Shown: positions 1-64,000 of the stretch, in pieces
Layout: the number at the start of each line of letters is the position of its first letter
Numbering within the stretch: the stretch's first letter is position 1
Origin: Octopus vulgaris
Lineage: Eukaryota
Reading direction: 5' to 3'
Assembly (NCBI GenBank): GCA_951406725.2
Contig: OX597823.1
Coordinates: 45,322,001 to 45,386,000, forward strand
DNA: 64,000 nt
Notes under the pieces: generated by a model
Seen by the model: only the letters and a program-made list of their open reading frames with translations
Database searches by the model: none
What the model was told of the DNA's origin: nothing
Made by a program: the position numbers and the translations under genes

Positions 1-30
1 CTTATCACATCTCTGATGTGATAACGTATG

Positions 31-32
<2 letters not shown>

Positions 33-116
<84 letters not shown>

Positions 117-120
117 TAAT
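33..120. repeat. (AAT)n microsatellite
   Basis: Read directly; other (AAT/ATT)n at 6850-6933, 13714-13846 and 58524-58582; (CA)n at 27996-28074; (GAT)n at 17458-17526. Confidence 0.95.
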
Positions 121-1163
121 TCTTCTAGTATATTCTAAGATACATTCTGATGTTTTAAATTATAAAACAATTTAATTAAACATCATTAGGCATAGCCTTA
201 GTAAATTTAAACAACCATTGGTTGTTTTCTTCTTTTGTTGTCCATTGAGAGCCAACAATAATATCCACTCACTTAATATTAGTTTCAAATCTTGGCACAA
301 GGCCAGCAAATTCAGTGAAGGGTCTAGTCAATTACATTTGACTCCAGTGCTCTCCAAAAAGATGAAAGGCAAAGTCAACCACAGTAGAATGTGAACTCAG
401 AATGTAAGGATGGACAAAATACCACAAAGCATTTTGCCCTGCCTGCTAATGATTCCACTAGCTCACTGCCTCTGGAATTAACAAATGCAGTCAAGTATCT
501 TGCCTGTTGTGCTAATGATTCTGCCAGCTGACTGCCTTCCACTCTCTTAATATTGAGATCTTTGGTGGCTGGACAGACCTATTCTGGATCAATAAGCTCT
601 ATTGTGGTGATTCATGTATATGTAATAGTGATAGCAGCAGTAAATGAGGTAGGTATGACTGGCTGATTAAAATATTTACTTAACTATTGTGAGATTGTGG
701 GTTCAATCATACGGAGTGGCATATTGGGCAAATGACTTGGCTTGACTCATGCCTCATGAATTTAATTGGGCCAGTAGATAATGTGTTGTAAGTCCATTAC
801 ATGGAATGTACATAATCATCATCATTGTCACTATTTTAATGTCCACTTTTCCTTGCTTGTATGAGTCAGACAGAATTTGTTGAGGTAGATTTTTCTATGG
901 TTGAATGCCCTTCACCTGTTTCCAAGCAAAGTTATATTTCCCCATACCAGTCAGATTTTTCATGGAAGATGGGAAATGAACAGTATCGCTTGTTTGATGA
1001 TGAAGTTTGCTTACAACCATCATGTGGTGTGAAGACAAGGGCATATATAAACACACGTAGAAGAAATTAGCTAAAACATTAAATAGTCAGCATGCAAACA
1101 CATATGCATTCATGCAAACACAGACATACAAACACGCAAAGAAACAAACTAAAGCACTTGTAC

Positions 1164-63354
<62,191 letters not shown>

Positions 63355-64000
63355 CTGCAGTGGTTGAAGAGGATGATATAAGAAAAAAATGAAATGTTTT
63401 ATGTTTTATATAATAATTAACAGAGAAAGACACAAGTGTAGATATTTATCTTCTAATGTTAGTCTTATTTAAATTGGCGAGCTGGCACAATTGTTACTCC
63501 ACCAGACAAAATGCTTAGTGGAAATTCTGATTTTATGTTCTGAGTTCAAATACCATTGAAGTTGATTTTACCGTTCATCCTTTTGGGCCGGTAAGGTAAG
63601 TACCAGTTGAGTACAGGGGTCAATGTAATCAACTTACCCCTCTCCTGAAATTTATGGCCTTGTGCCAAAATTTGAAACCAATATTAACCTTATTTCACCT
63701 ATATATTTCAACTTATTGAATTTATTAGCAAAATATCTGATATATCATATCCTTGTTTCTTCTACCTTTTTCTTCATTCAACCTAGTTTCAAATATTGAA
63801 TGCTGTGGATGTCTTGGATTTTCTATTATTCACACACATGTTCACACAAAAAAGAAAAAAATACACAATGATGGTTTGCTGCTACCTCTAGAAGTGTTTC
63901 TCAGGTGTGCATTCATGTATGAACATAGCCATGTATCACCTGATTAAATATAATTATAATCTTTATTATGTATTAACAAATACTTTCCTTGCTTGTTATA

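Overview
AT-rich, repeat-dense animal genomic DNA. The SINE, MITE and microsatellite repertoire looks like an octopus (coleoid cephalopod); this is inferred from recognition, not from a search. The whole window lies inside one minus-strand gene, an axonemal outer-arm dynein heavy chain of the DNAH5/DNAH8 (gamma-type) class. I traced 14 consecutive GT-AG exons (63354 down to 1164; 2656 nt, about 885 codons) with fully consistent phases. They cover the end of AAA4, the stalk with its microtubule-binding domain, AAA5 and the start of the buttress region; the gene continues past both window edges. The introns hold an RTE-type LINE RT with an embedded PHD-like finger, a TA-flanked mariner, a deleted Ty3/Gypsy element with both LTRs, an R4/Dong-like RLE LINE fragment at an (AAT)n site, CR1-like and BovB-like fragments, TTAA- and hAT-type MITEs and many tRNA-derived SINEs. 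The least expected signal is a set of minimal type I hammerhead-ribozyme motifs from several repeat families, probably Penelope-like termini or retrozymes. The best-preserved are at 7456, 36786 and 57296 and lie antisense to the host gene. Several long fold-back hairpins that would form dsRNA in the pre-mRNA are also present. Most ORF-track entries are microsatellite or SINE artefacts. Repeat boundaries are approximate; exon boundaries were read base by base.
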